64,000 bases of DNA from the human T2T-CHM13v2.0 reference genome, Homo sapiens: assembly GCF_009914755.1 (NCBI RefSeq), contig NC_060942.1, one strand, 5' to 3'. Positions 42,412 to 53,915 of the stretch are shown here, in pieces. Position 1 is the stretch's first letter. Each line of letters begins with the position of its first letter. The notes under the pieces were generated by a model that did not search any database, was not told the DNA's origin, and saw nothing but the letters and a program-made list of their open reading frames with translations. A program made the translations under genes and the position numbers.

Positions 42412-44260
42412 TAGACTGGAAGAGAATATTTGCAAAAGATACATTTGATTAAAAACTATTACTCAACACAAAAGAAGAACCCTTAAAACTCTACACTAAG
42501 AAAATAAACAACCTGTTGGAAAAAAATGGTCAAAAGATCTGAATAGACACCTCACCAGAGAAGATACAGGGATGGCAAATAAGCATATAGAAAAATGTTC
42601 AACATCTCATATCATTAGGGAATTGCAAATTAAAATAATGACAAAAATCTAAAACACTAACAACACCAAATGCTGGTGAAGATATGGAGCAATGGGAACT
42701 TTCATTTATTGCTGGTGGCAATGCAGAATGGTACAGCATTTGCAAGACATTTTGGAAGCATTTAGAATGCAGTTTAGCAGTTTCTTACAAAACTGAACTT
42801 TGTCCTACTATTCAATACAGCAGTTGCTCTCCTTGATATTTACATAAGTGAATTGAAAACTATGTCCACACAAAAACCTACACATGAAGGTTTATACTGT
42901 ACTGGCTTTATTCATAATTGTCAAAACTTGGAAGCAAACAAGATGTCCTTCAGTAAGTGAATAAATAAACAAATTGTGGTATAGTCAGACAATGAAATAT
43001 TATTCAGCACTAAAAAGAAATGAGCTATCAAGCCATGAAAGGCCATGAAAAAAACTGACATGCATGTTACTAAATGAAAGAAGCCAATCTTAAAAGGCTA
43101 TATATTATTAAATTTATAATTCCAGCTGTATGACACTCTAAAAAAGTCAAAACTTTGGAGATAATAGAAAAGACCATTGGTTGGCAGGTGTTAAAAGAGT
43201 GGGAGGGATGAATAGGCAGAGCACAGAGAGCTTTTAGGCCAGTGAAAATATTCTGTATGATATTGCAATGGTGGCTACATGAACTATGTTAGCAGTGGAA
43301 ATTATCAGAGTCATATGGCATCAAAATATGTTACCAGCAGCAAATCCGTATGGGTCTGCAGCAACCTCAATTCTTGCCTCTTCAGAAGAAAGAATTTGAG
43401 GGGATTAAAGCAGAGGAGAGACTGAGGCAAGTTTTAGAGCAGGAACAGAAGGAAGGAAGGAAAGCACTTGGAAGAGGGCCAAGTAGGTGACTTGAAAGAC
43501 AAGCATATGGTTTGACCTTTTGACTTGGAGTTTTATGTGTTGGCATAATTCCGGGGTCTTACATCCCTTCTCCCCTCATTCTTCCCTGGAATGGGCTGTC
43601 TGTAAGCATAGTGCCCTGCCAGCACTTTGGAGGGGCTGCATGCAGTATGTTTACTAGAGTTGTATCCATGCTCATTTGAGGTGTTCTTCCCTTACCAGCT
43701 GAATGTCCCCAGAAGGTCATATACTAGTTAAACTCTGCCATTTTGCCTCTTAGTGTGCATGTGTGAGCCCACTCACCCCACTCCTGAAATAGCTTATCGG
43801 GAAGCTTCAGGTGTTTCTGTTTACTGGGAAATGGCCTTTCCCTGGCAGCGGCTGTGACCAATTATTATTTTAGAGAAACAGCTACCAACTGCCTGACCAT
43901 CACCTGATGGTTACCTGACATTCCTGGTATGTGTGGGGTCGGGGTCGGGGGTGGGGGTGGGGGAGCCCTCTTCTGCTCTGCTCATGTCTGACTAGTTACT
44001 TCCTGTAACAATTATATGTTTGTCAAACCCATAGATTATACAATACTAGTAGTAAACCCTTATTAAACCCTTACATAAACTATAGTGTTTGGTTGATGAT
44101 GTGTCAATGTAGGTTCATCACCTATAACAAATGTACCACTGTGGTTTGGGATGTCGATAGTGAGGGCAGCTAAATATGTGTGGGAACAGGAAGTATATGG
44201 GAACGCTCTGTGCTGTTGCTTAATTTTACTGTAAATCTAAAGCTGCTCTTAAAAAAATCC
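42412..44260 (+). mobile_element. L1MC1-like 3' portion interrupted by MER50
   Basis: agactggaagagaatatttgca...gagctatcaagccatgaaa...gtcaaacccataga...aaatctaaagctgctcttaaaaa. Confidence 0.85.
43287..44010 (-). mobile_element. MER50-like (ERV1) solo LTR
   Basis: TG...CA ends; minus strand reads cagacatgagcagagcag...ccatcaggtgatggtcaggcag...ctctaaaataataattggtc; 4-bp TSD a(c/t)ta. Confidence 0.85.
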
Positions 44261-44303
44261 AACTTCATTAATTTTTAAAACATAAATCCTTAAACTGTTT
44301 ATT

Positions 44304-44602
44304 TGCAGGAAGGTATAATCACAAATGTGAAGAAAACATTGCTGATATTCTGGAGGGTTAGCTGACTGGATCTCTGAAAATCTCCAGACGGGCTTGTGGG
44401 TAAATCTATGAGTTTAAAGCAGAGGTTGGCAAACTTTTTCTGTAAAGGGACACGCATTGAATATCTTTTTTTTTTTTTTTCTGCAATCTGCTGTCTGTCA
44501 TAAGTATGCAACTCTGTTGTGTGAAAGCAGCCGTAGACAATATGTAAACAAATGGGCATAGCTGTCCATAAAACTTTATTTTCCAAAACAGAGATAGTTT
44601 GC
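44304..44602 (+). repeat. Right arm of the local inverted duplication
   Basis: Reverse complement of 39681-39975. Confidence 0.95.
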
Positions 44603-44611
44603 AAATCCCTG
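44420..44611 (+). mobile_element. MER58A with both termini and intact TSD
   Basis: cagaggttggcaaac...tttgcaaatccctg; perfect 8-bp TSD gtttaaag at 44412-44419 and 44612-44619. Confidence 0.9.
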
Positions 44612-45978
44612 GTTTAAAGCAAGGGATGGGAATGTGGTATGGAAAGCATGACTTAAGTGTATACCAAAGCTTTGGAAGGGGTGAGAGGAGTTCTGCTCAC
44701 TGGGAGGCTGATGGGGAGCTGGAAGAAAAGATGGATTCCTTGGGTCTCAAAAAAAGTTCTGTTAGGTTCTAGGTAATTGCAAATAAGTCTTAGTTCTCTC
44801 GAATAATACCAACAGATGTTCAATTTATTTTCCAGGAACTGGAAATGAAATCCTTCGAAGAAAAAACAGAGGGTTGGGAAATGGTAAAAGGTAACTTAAC
44901 ACTATTCTTTAACTTTCTCAGAGGGCAACTTGGAATAATAGCAACAAGGAAAATACTGAATCACTAATTTCCCAGAATTCAGCTACCTCAAAATAGAATC
45001 TCCTATCAGTCTAATCATTGCCTAAATCAAAGCATTACTTTTTACCAAGGAGTTAGAGGAGAAGAGCCAGAGTCCCGCAGAAGTAGAACATACTTAAAAT
45101 GAAAAGTGAGATGTATTGTATGGCAGAATTACATAAGATTTGCTGTTATTGGATTCAAGTTGACCTAATACTACCTTTCCAGTTTGTATAATACTTACTC
45201 AACTCTTTATAATTCTTTAAAAATGATTTGATAAAAATCCCATTCAGAGTATTATTACATTAGATGAGACATTAATTTTCTTGTTAAACCTCAGAAATGT
45301 GCAACTGAATTCCTTTAGGTATTTAGAACACTCTTAATTATATCTTTAAGATTTATTTTTTCAGTTTTATTACAAAACAAAAGTGTAAATTTAAAAAGAT
45401 AAATTGGAACTATAAAAATAGACAAGATAAAACTCATACATGATACATTCTCTACATGAGTAAATATCCTAATTAAAAGTGAGATTCAATCACCATATAT
45501 AATTCCAAAGATGTCTACTAAAGCCAGAACTGGAATGATAATTAGAGATAAAGATTTGTTTAAATGTTCTGTCTTTAAATATTTTTATATTATTGTGTAT
45601 AATGGCCCTCCCATATTAATAAGAATCAAAGTAGAATTCAACTCCTACAGGTGAGCCTGGTCAAATGTCCCCATTCAAGGACATCTTCATGTCAGTACAT
45701 GCATGGATAAGATTCATTTTGTCCATGCCCTGGCATAGAGTTTTCGATGAGTTCGTGTTTCTGCAGGATCAGTGGGCTATAGTCATGTAGTTATGACTAT
45801 AACTCTGCTTGCCTAGCTAGCTAACTACTCTCATTTCTAGAATCAAAAGAGAAAAATGTCTATGTATGAGAATAGAGTTGCCCTTCTGGATTTCAAGAAT
45901 ATGACAAATGTGGGTTATTTCATTAGTATTTTGAAAAGGTTGTCAATATTCTACCTCAGAATGAATGTAGATCTATGG

Positions 45979-46333
45979 TATATTAGTCCATTTGCATGCT
46001 GCTGATAAATATATACCTGAGACTGGGAAGAAAAAGAGGTTTAATTGGACTTACAGTTCCACATGGTTGAGGAGGCCTCAGAATCATGGTGGGAGGTGAA
46101 AGGCACTTCTTATATGGCAGTGGCAAGAGAAAATGAGAGAGATGCAAAAGCGAAAATCCCTGATAAACCCATCGGATCTCATGAGACTTATTCACTACCA
46201 CAAGAACGGTATAAGGGAAACTGTCCCCATGATTCAAATTATCTCCCACCAGCTCCCTCCCACAACACGTGGGAATTATGGGAGAGCAGTGCAAGATGAG
46301 ATTTGGGTGGGGACACAGAGCCAAACTATATCA
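45979..46333 (-). mobile_element. THE1A/B solo LTR
   Basis: tattagtcc...gggacacagagccaaactatatca; TSD TATGG at 45974-45978 and 46334-46338. Confidence 0.95.
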
Positions 46334-46743
46334 TATGGCCTCCCTATGGGACGTTATACAACTCTCTCATTACTCAATATTTACTGAGCATCTATTATGT
46401 GTCAGGCATTGTACTAGATACAACGTGACAAGCAAGACATGTTTTCCATTTTATGTGAGGCCTTTAAGACCCCCTGTGGAAACAATACCATTAGGTATTC
46501 AGTGTCACTCTGCACAGCAAGAAGCAAGGGAGAAAATAGTCCCTTACTATACACATTTAATTCTGAGAATCTGAGCTGTGGCATGATTTGGGCCCATTTC
46601 TGTGAGTAGGTGGGATGCAACTATTCAAAGAAGAATTTTAACTTCACAAAAATATTTCTATTCTACTCTCTGCTTGATAATTTAAAAAAAACAGGGTGCA
46701 ATCAAAAAGCCCATGTTTTAAAATAAAATGTATAACTCCATTA

Positions 46744-46850
46744 ATATATGTGTGCATGTGTATGTGTGTGTATGTGTGTATATGTGTATATCTATGTATA
46801 TGTGTGTATGTATACATTAGTCCACATAAACACATATATAAATATATGTA
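46744..46850. repeat. (TG/TA)n low-complexity repeat
   Basis: Alternating tgtg/tata run. Confidence 0.75.
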
Positions 46851-47576
46851 GGGAGTGATTAATGCTTTACATAATGGAAGAAATTAAAATATTTGAATAT
46901 ATAAATAAAATGTATATATAAACATAAAAATGAAAGAGTGGTTACAAAAATATTAATGATAATCTCAAAATTGTGGGATAGTATGTGACATTTTCTTTCA
47001 TACTTTTTTATGTTGTTAGGATGTTTTACTATAAGCATGTATTATATATATATAATTAAACATAAGTAAAACTGTTTATTGAGAAAAGAAGACCTGTGTA
47101 GCAATGCTAACTACCTGGCTCTCACCATAAAATATAAACTCAAATGGACTGTCACTGAGATTTTTTTCAAGTATGCGGTGAAGAGAAACAAGATAATCAT
47201 TTGAAAAACATGCAATTTGTTCACTTCCAATGTCTTGTTTTAGCTCTGGACTCAACCAGACCATTCCAGAGCTGTGTACATGGGTTATCTTGCCTTATTT
47301 TTATCTTTCCCAGACCCCACCACTGGCATTTTGACTTTGTATTAAATGAAGCAAACAAAATTCCTGAAAAACTAACATACCAAAGATTTGCAACATAAAG
47401 GTACACAAAGGAACCTTCTGTTACACAAAATTAGGAAAAAAGCATTCTTTCTCTTAGAATTTGGTATGCTTTATGAAGTATGTGAATTTTGACACTTGTG
47501 ACATGTCCTATTTTGCTTTGACTGAAAGGAATCTTTTAGCACAGACATTTGTAATCTAAATCTAATTACAATATAT

Positions 47577-47760
47577 CAGTGTTTTTCAACCTTTTTCCCC
47601 CATTATTGCCTCCCTAGGGAGCCTTTTAAGGCATACTTTTTCTAGCCAATTATGGCTCCCCGTGAAATTTTAATACTACAGATATACTATATATCTGTTT
47701 ATGTATTGTATGTATATCTGTGCTTTATACATAAAGAGTAAGATTTTTTGCACCCCCTCA
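47577..47760. mobile_element. MER96B-like hAT relic
   Basis: cagtgtttttcaaccttttt...tgaaattttaatactacagatatact...tatatctgtgctttatacataaa. Confidence 0.7.
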
Positions 47761-48546
47761 AGCATTAATGCCTCATCAAAAATACAAGCTATACAGTAAT
47801 AGATGACTTACAGGCACTTACATAGACATTTCTCTGTGTTAAGTTGCCATTCTATTTAATTTTCTCTGGTTCTCTATATGTATATCCATATACAGAAACA
47901 CACACAGAGATGTATAATCAAATATATTTCCTGAATGCATTCTTGTAAAGAACTTCAAATTCACATAATCTGATATATCATTACATGTAAAATAAGGACA
48001 TTAGCAAGATGGCGGAGTAGGAGATGTCAGCCTTCAATACCCAACAAAAAAATCACACAGCTATCCACGAACAAAAATAGCCTTGAGAGGACTCAATAGT
48101 TCTTACAAAGGCACAAATAACTTACATTCGTGAAAGAGCACCCTCTTCAATAGATGGTGCTGGAAAAATTGGATATACATATGCAGAATAATGAAACTGT
48201 ACCGCTATTTCTCACCACATTAAAAAATTAACTCAAGATGAATTAAATACTTAAATGTAAGACCCAAAACTATAAAACTATTAGAACAAAACATAAGAAA
48301 AACACTTCAGGACATTAGTCTACCCAAAGATCTTATGGCTAAGACCTCAAAAGCACAGACAAAAAAAAAAAACCCAAAATAGACAAATGGGAGTATATTA
48401 AACTGAAAAGTTTCTGCACAGCAAATGAAACAACCAGCAACCTGTTGAATGGGAGAAAATATCTGCAAGCTGTTCATCAGACAAAAAAACTCATATCTAG
48501 AATATACAAGAAACTCAAACAATTTGAGTGCAAAAATCAAATAGTC

Positions 48547-48850
48547 TGCCAGGTGTAATGTCTCATGCTTATAATCCCAGCACTTTAGGAGGCCGAGGCA
48601 GGAGGATTGCTTGAGCCCAGGAGTTCAAGACAAGCCTGGGCAATGTAGCCAGACCCCGTCTCTACAAACAAATAGAAAAAGTAGCCTATGGTGGTGCATG
48701 GCCTAGAGTCCCAGCTACTCAGGAGGCTGAGGTGGAAGGGTCACTTGAACCCAGGAGTTTGAGGATAGAGTGAGCTATGATGCTGCCACTGTACTCCAGC
48801 CATTTTAAGATACAGAGTGATATCCTGTATCTTTAATAATATTAATAATG
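48547..48850 (+). mobile_element. AluJ
   Basis: ggaggattgcttgagcccaggagttc and gagctatgat are AluJ diagnostics. Confidence 0.9.
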
Positions 48851-49682
48851 ACAAAACAATGCCACTAAAAAGTGGGCAAAGGACATGAATAGACATTTCT
48901 CCAAAGAAAACATATAAATGGCTAACAGGTATATGAATGAATACTCAACAGCACTAATCATCAGAGAAATGCAAATCAAAGCCACAATGAGATATCATCA
49001 TACCCCAGTTAGAATGGCAAGGAAGTAGAGAAAAGGAAACTCTCATTCACTGTTGGTGGGAATATCGCTTCACTACAGCCACTATGAAAAATAGTATGGA
49101 GATTTCTTTAAAAACTAAAAATAGAACTATCATATCCAGCAATCCCACTATTGGGTATTTATATAAAGGAAAATCATTATATCAAAGGGTAACCTGCACT
49201 TCCATGTTTACTGCAGCGCTCTTTACAACAGCAATGAAATGGAATCAACCTAATATCCACTAACAAATGAATACATAGAGAAAATCTGGTATACATACAC
49301 CATGGAGTACGATTCAGCCACAGCAAGGAATGAAATCACGACATTTGCAGCAACATGGATGAAACTGAAATTAATTATGTTAAGTGAAATAAGCCAGACA
49401 CAGACAAATTTTGCATGTTCCCAGTCATATATGGGAGCTAAAATGTTGATCTTATGAAGGTGAGAGTAGAATGATATCAAAGACTGGACAGAGTGTGTGG
49501 GCAGGAGGAGTGGAGGAGTGGATGAAGACAGGTTAGTCAGTGGGCTATAAACATACAATTTCATAGAAGGGATAAATTCTAATGTTCAATATCAGAATAG
49601 GGTGACTGTAGTTAGCAACAATGTATTGTATATTTCAAAGGAGCTAGAAGAGAGTTCCCAACACATAGAAATGGTAAATACT

Positions 49683-49953
49683 GGCCAGTTGCAATGGCTT
49701 ATGCCTGTAATCCCAGCAGTTTGGGAGGCCAAGGTGGGAGGATCACTTGAGGCCAGGAGTTTGAGACCAACTGGGGTCAACATAGTGAAACCCCATCTCT
49801 ACCAAAAAAAAAAAAAAAAAAGTTGGTGCATGCCTATGGTCCCAGCTACTCAAGAAGCTGAGGGAGTTTGAGGCTGCAGTGAGCCATTATCATGCCACTG
49901 CACTCCAGCCTGTGTGACAGAGTGAGACCCTTTCTTTAAAACAAAAGAACAAA
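49683..49953 (+). mobile_element. AluJ with right-arm deletion
   Basis: TSD agaaatg(g/a)taaatact at 49667-49682 and 49954-49969. Confidence 0.9.
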
Positions 49954-50651
49954 AGAAATGATAAATACTCAAGGTGATGTATAATTTGAAAACCCTGACT
50001 TGATCATTACACATTCTATGCATGTAACAAAATATCACATGTACTCCATAAATACGTAAAATATCATGTATCAATTAAAATTTTAAAAAGAATTTACAGT
50101 AACACAGTGGAGCAAAAAAAGAAGAGCACTTCACAGAGAGAATCACTGGGGAGACTGGTATACCTGCAGTGTGTGGAATGGCTAGGAACAAAAAAGAATG
50201 ATAGAACTATATAAGCTATGGGGTGGGTGCCACTGGGTGGTCCTCTGTTGCTCACCCTGCAGAGAACCCTGGGAGACTTTGACACTGAAGACTTCAATGG
50301 TTCCAGTGACAACCACCCCAGCATTCACAGAAGAGGACTCCATAGTGTTTGTTGACAATGACCACAGTGGCCCCCTCTTTAGAGGTCACTGGCAGCATTT
50401 ATCACTGAGGTAATCAACAGCCATCACTGCCATGGGCCCCATGGAAATGGAGTTGATGCTGCACACCGCAGCAGGACCTGCTGTTGTACCACATCAGAAC
50501 ACAGGCTACCACCTCCCCCATGCCACAACTCCACATACACTCTGAACCCAGAGCCATAGCTGCTCTGAATGACCTTCATTCCAGAAACCAGCTCTGTAGC
50601 TGCTCTATGTGTGTACCTGTGCTTCATAACTTGCCTCCGAAAAACTCTGTG

Positions 50652-51011
50652 TATGTTAGTTTCTTCTCATGCTGCTATGAAGAAACACTGAGACTAGGTA
50701 ATTTATAAAGGTAAGAGATTTAATTGATTCACAGTTCTGCAGGGCTGGGGAGGCCTCAGGAAACTTATAATCGTGGCAGAATGGGAAGCAAAGACATCCT
50801 TCATCACATGGCAGCAGCAAGGAGAAGAATAATTGCCCAGCAAAGGGGAAAGCCCATTATAAAATTGTCAGATCTCATGAGAACTAACTCACTATCACAA
50901 GAAAAGGATAGAGGAAACCGCCATCCACCTGGTCCCTCCCACTACATGTGGGCATTATAGGAACTACAATTCAAGATGAAATTTGGGTGGGAACACAGCC
51001 AAACCATATCA
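50652..51011 (-). mobile_element. THE1C/D solo LTR
   Basis: Ends acacagccaaaccatatca; TSD CTGTG at 50647-50651 and 51012-51016. Confidence 0.92.
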
Positions 51012-51999
51012 CTGTGCATACCTGCATCTCAGGCACTGAAGCAGTCACCACTATGAACTAGCTGGTGCCCCCAGATAACAGAGCAGCTGTCGTTCTGAGT
51101 GCCTGTGCTTCAGACTCTAGTTTCTTGACTGTTCCATGAGTGCCTGTACGTGAGACACCAGTGCCACAACCACCAGAAGGCTTTCTGCAAACACTCATCC
51201 CCAAGAGGGATACCAAGGACCATAACCTCCCCTGTGCAAGAAATAACTAATAGGAGAATCTTAACAGTCTTAAGATTGGGGTCATAACTTAAGACCCCAA
51301 CAGCTCTCACTGCTGCTGTGGTCATCTGCAGCCTTGGTCATGGACGCTTCAATCTTCACCAAATTTGATCTTAGCTGACAGAACTGCATGAAGGCTATGC
51401 CATTGGGCCTTCCCAGGAGCTGGAACTACCACACCTCACCCAGCCAGTGCTTTCCCACTGACCCACAGATGTCCCCATCAAAACTAGTCTATGATTTCTG
51501 GAACAGGTGACTCCTCCATCAAACATGCAGACATTAATCCAAGACTAAAAGAGACACACACACACAAATCAAGAAAACATGACAACACCAGAAGAACACA
51601 ATAGCTATCTAAAAACAGACCACAAAGAAATGGAGATGTACAAATTTCCAGAGAAAGAATTCAAAGTAATATTTCAAGGAAGCTCAGTAAACTACAAGAG
51701 AACATAAACAACTCAATAAAATCAGAAAAATTCAATAAATGAGAATTTTGTAAAAAAATAGGAATTATATAAAAGGAACAGTCTAGAGCTAATAATACAA
51801 TTATGAAATGAGAAATGCAATAGAAAGCAGCAACAGCAGACTTGATCAAGCAGAAGAAATGATTTGTGAAATCAAAGGCAAATCATTTGAAATTATCCAT
51901 TTAGAGGAAACTAAATGAAGAGGAATAAAATAAGTAAAGAAAACCTACATGTATTTTGGGATATAATCTGTGAAGTAATATTTACATAATGGGATTTTT

Positions 52000-52950
52000 G
52001 TTTGCTTGTTTGTTTCAAGTTATAAGGTTTATTGAACAGAAGTCAGCTGGCTCAGTGTCAGTGTGTAACCTTATCAGAAAAGATGATCAAATATTTTTCA
52101 TGATTTCCAACTCCATTCACATTGGGGCTTCTCCATGCTAGTTAACATAAAAACTGAAATATATAATTGTATTATTATGAAGTCTTATTTTTGCTTAAAT
52201 TATTTAATAGTGAAACAAATTACTGATTATCATGTTCCATTTTTAATCAAAAAGCTTATTTTGAAGTAAGCATTTTAATAATATATTAGGCATGTGATTA
52301 CGTACATTTTGTCATATATCTTATTTTAATTTTTAATATTTAAATTTGTAACATAGTCTTATTTCATTGGATTATTTAATGTCACGTTTTCTGTATCTTT
52401 GAGAGATGACACTGGTTTTCTGTTTTTGGCCTTCCTCTCCTTCCCTAGTGCCTTGACTCAGGACTTCAGGAGCTAGGAAGGCTGTAAAAACACAGTATGG
52501 TTGTGGACTGTGCATAGTGTATGGACAGGATGGGAGGAGAGCAGTGAGAGGAGGCAGCTGAGAATGACTTCCATGTTCTTGCCCTGGGAGACTGGACAAT
52601 GGGACTGCCATTTGCCACGTCTGGAAATGTATACCAAGACCCCAGAGGTTGGGAGAGTGGGCATAAAGTTGATGTATTTTGTGTAACAAGCAGCTTGAGT
52701 TTGATTGTCCATAGAGCATTCAGCAAAAATATTCAATTGACAGTAGGAAATAGGGATTTGGAGATCCAGGAGAGAGGTCTGGGTTGGTAGGGGGTATGTG
52801 AAAATCATTCATTTGCAAGGGCTAAAATAAAGCAGTGGATGTTGAGGAACTCAGCTGATGAGATTCTGAATGCCAAGAAGGGTAATTGGATGGAATCCAG
52901 AGAACACCCAGTACTGAATAGGCAGAGATGCCATGGATAAGGAGGAAAGC
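52000..52950 (-). other. Non-L1 transduced/retroposed segment with AATAAA and degenerate poly-A tail; includes an L2 relic (~52430-52870)
   Basis: TTTATT at 52028-52033 lies 12 nt from a T-rich tail (52000-52015); the segment interrupts host L1 ORF1. Confidence 0.75.
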
Positions 52951-53572
52951 CTATAGTATTTTATCCCTTGCTCCTCTCCCACCCTTCCCCCCAAGTCCCC
53001 AAAGCCCATTGTATCATTCTTATGCCTTTGCATCCTCATAACTTAGTTCCCACATATCAGTGAGAACATCCAATGTTTGGTTTTCCGTTCCTGAGTTATC
53101 TCACTTAGAATAATAGTCTCCAATCTCATCCAGGTCACTGTGAATGCCATGAATTCATTTCCTTTTATGGCTGAGTAGTATTTCATTGTGTGTGTATATA
53201 TACAAATGTATATACATTTACATATGTGTATATATACATATACACATATATGTATATATGTGTATATATAAATATAAATATATATATACACACACATATA
53301 TACATATATATCCATTGTATTTATATATATATACACACACACATATATATACATATATATATCCATTGTGTATATATATACACAATGGAACCAACCCAAA
53401 TGTACATCAGTCAAGTGAATAAAGAAACTGTGATATATATATATATACACACACAATTGATATATATATATATATATTCATTACATATATATATATCACA
53501 GTTGGATATATATATATATCCATAGTGTGTATATATGTGTATATATATATATCCATTGTGTGTGTGTGTGTC

Positions 53573-53624
<52 letters not shown>

Positions 53625-53915
53625 TCACAGTTTCTTTATCCACTTGTTGATTGACGTACATTTGGGTTGGTTCCACCGTTTTGCAATTGTGAATTGTACT
53701 TGTTGAAGCATACATGTGCAAGTATCTTTTTTGTATAATGACTTCTTTTCCTCTGGGTAGATATATACCCAGGTGTATAATGTATACCAGGTGTATAATG
53801 ACTTCTTTTCCTTTGGGTAGATGCAGTAGTGGAATTGCTGGATCAAACAGTAGTTCTACGTTTAGCTGTTTATAGAATATCCACACTGTTTTCCATAGTG
53901 GTTGTACTAGTTTAC
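52951..53915 (-). mobile_element. L1PB fragment with expanded (TA/CA)n array and internal inverted duplication
   Basis: L1PB 3'UTR (ccccaagtccccaaag...ttatgcctttgcatcctcata) and ORF2 end ([18 protein letters not shown]). Confidence 0.88.

Larger units (their letters stand above)
48100..50092 (+). mobile_element. 5'-truncated L1MA4-like element in the host 5'UTR
   Basis: ORF2 end and 3'UTR ending accctgacttgatcattacacattctatgcatgtaacaaaatatcac...tcaattaaaa. Confidence 0.8.
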
